Shown piece after piece: positions 62,903 to 64,000 of a stretch of DNA of 64,000 nt. Every line of letters begins with the position of its first letter. The first letter of the stretch is position 1. Under the pieces are notes generated by a model. That model worked only from the letters and a program-made list of their open reading frames with translations. It had not been told where the DNA came from and searched no databases. Position numbers and translations under genes: made by a program. The stretch comes from the human T2T-CHM13v2.0 reference genome, Homo sapiens: assembly GCF_009914755.1 (NCBI RefSeq), contig NC_060940.1, one strand, 5' to 3'.

Positions 62903-62990
62903 TTTTTTTTTCTTTTACTTTTGGCTGGGGAGGGGTTCCGGGTAAAAATCAGAAAACCTGCTAGACAAATTCTAAAAGAGCTGTAACACT
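62903..62990 (-). pseudogene. U7 snRNA processed pseudogene inserted in L1
   Basis: Reverse strand AGTGTTACAGCTCTTTTAGAATTTGTCTAGCAGGTTTTCTGATTTTTACCCGGAACCCCT plus an A-rich tail; TSD ctattgcagct / ctaatgcaact. Confidence 0.92.
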
Positions 62991-64000
62991 AATGCAACTC
63001 CGTAATAAAATGACAACCTAATTTTAAAATGAGCAAGAGATTTGAAAAGAATTTCTCCAAAGACATATAAATGGCTTATAAGCATATGAAAAGATATTCA
63101 ACACCATTAGTCATTAGGGAAATGCAAATCAAAACCACAATGAGATACCACTTCACACTCACGAGAATGACAAAAATATGAAAGACAGACAATTACAAGT
63201 ATTAGCAAAAATGTGAAGAAATTGGAACCCCTATACATTGCCAGGAGGAGCATAAAATGGTGTTTCTCCAAAGTTACCATATGACCTAGCAATTTAATGG
63301 TAACTCAGTTATCATTTTGAGTTACCACATGACCTAGCAGTTGCACTCTTACAGATATACCCAACAGGATTGGAAAGTATGTCCACACCCAAACTTGTAC
63401 AAAATGTGCGTAGCACCATTATTCATAATAGCCCAGAATTGAAAACAACCCAATTGTCCATCAGCTGATGAATGGAAAAATCAAAGACATATCCATACAA
63501 TGGAATATTATTCTGCCATAAAAAGGAATAAAGTACTGGTATCTGCTACAACACGAATGAACCTTGAAAATACCATGCTAAGTGAGGGAAGCCACACCCA
63601 AAGACCACAGGTTGTATGATTCTATTTATAGGAAAAGTCCAGGATAGGCAAATCCCATTTTGAGACAGTAAGTAGAAAAAGTAGATTTGTGGTTGCCAGG
63701 AGATGTGGAGAGGAGGAAATGAGCAGTAATTGCTAACGAGTATGGAGCTTCTTTGGGGAGTGATAAAAATGTTCTAAAATTAGATCATGGTGATGGTTGT
63801 ACAGCTTTGCCTATGTAGTAAAAATCACTTAATCATTTAATGGTACACTTTCAAGGGGGTAGGTTTATGGTATATGAATTCTATCTCAATAAAGCTGTTA
63901 TTTAAAAAAAAAAATTCATCTCCTGGAAAGGAGAGAGAGTGGGGTACTAAACTAAGTACTAAAGGGCTTGAAATGAGTAATGAGGTTTAAAATCGATGGC

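Overview
Primate (almost certainly human) genomic DNA, not prokaryotic. The only supportable protein-coding gene is the 3' part of CACNG3 (TARP gamma-3, an AMPA-receptor auxiliary subunit) on the + strand. It comprises exon 2 (9587-9670), exon 3 (17686-17826) and the last exon (CDS 24199-24710, ending in the PDZ ligand RRTTPV), with a 3'UTR and an ATTAAA poly(A) signal at 25233. Exon 1 lies upstream of the window. The rest is intron (1-24198) and a downstream intergenic tract dominated by transposable elements: more than 50 Alus, MIR/L2/CR1, L1, MaLR and ERV solo LTRs (several nested) and DNA-transposon remnants. Almost all ORFs in the supplied track are Alu or low-complexity artefacts. I found no evidence of a wholly new biological system. 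Details worth a second look: a perfect 25-bp hairpin next to an E-box-rich 48-bp tandem repeat; a BC200-like retrocopy; in-frame upstream acceptors for exon 2; a MER41 LTR with two intact GAS motifs; an LTR10 with a p53 half-site array; a well-preserved CR1 RT fossil; a U7 retrocopy; a candidate L1 3' transduction; and several templated-insertion repair scars, one copied from 3.5 kb away. Repeat boundaries were read by eye (about +/-10 nt), and subfamily names come from recall of consensus sequences, not from a database search.
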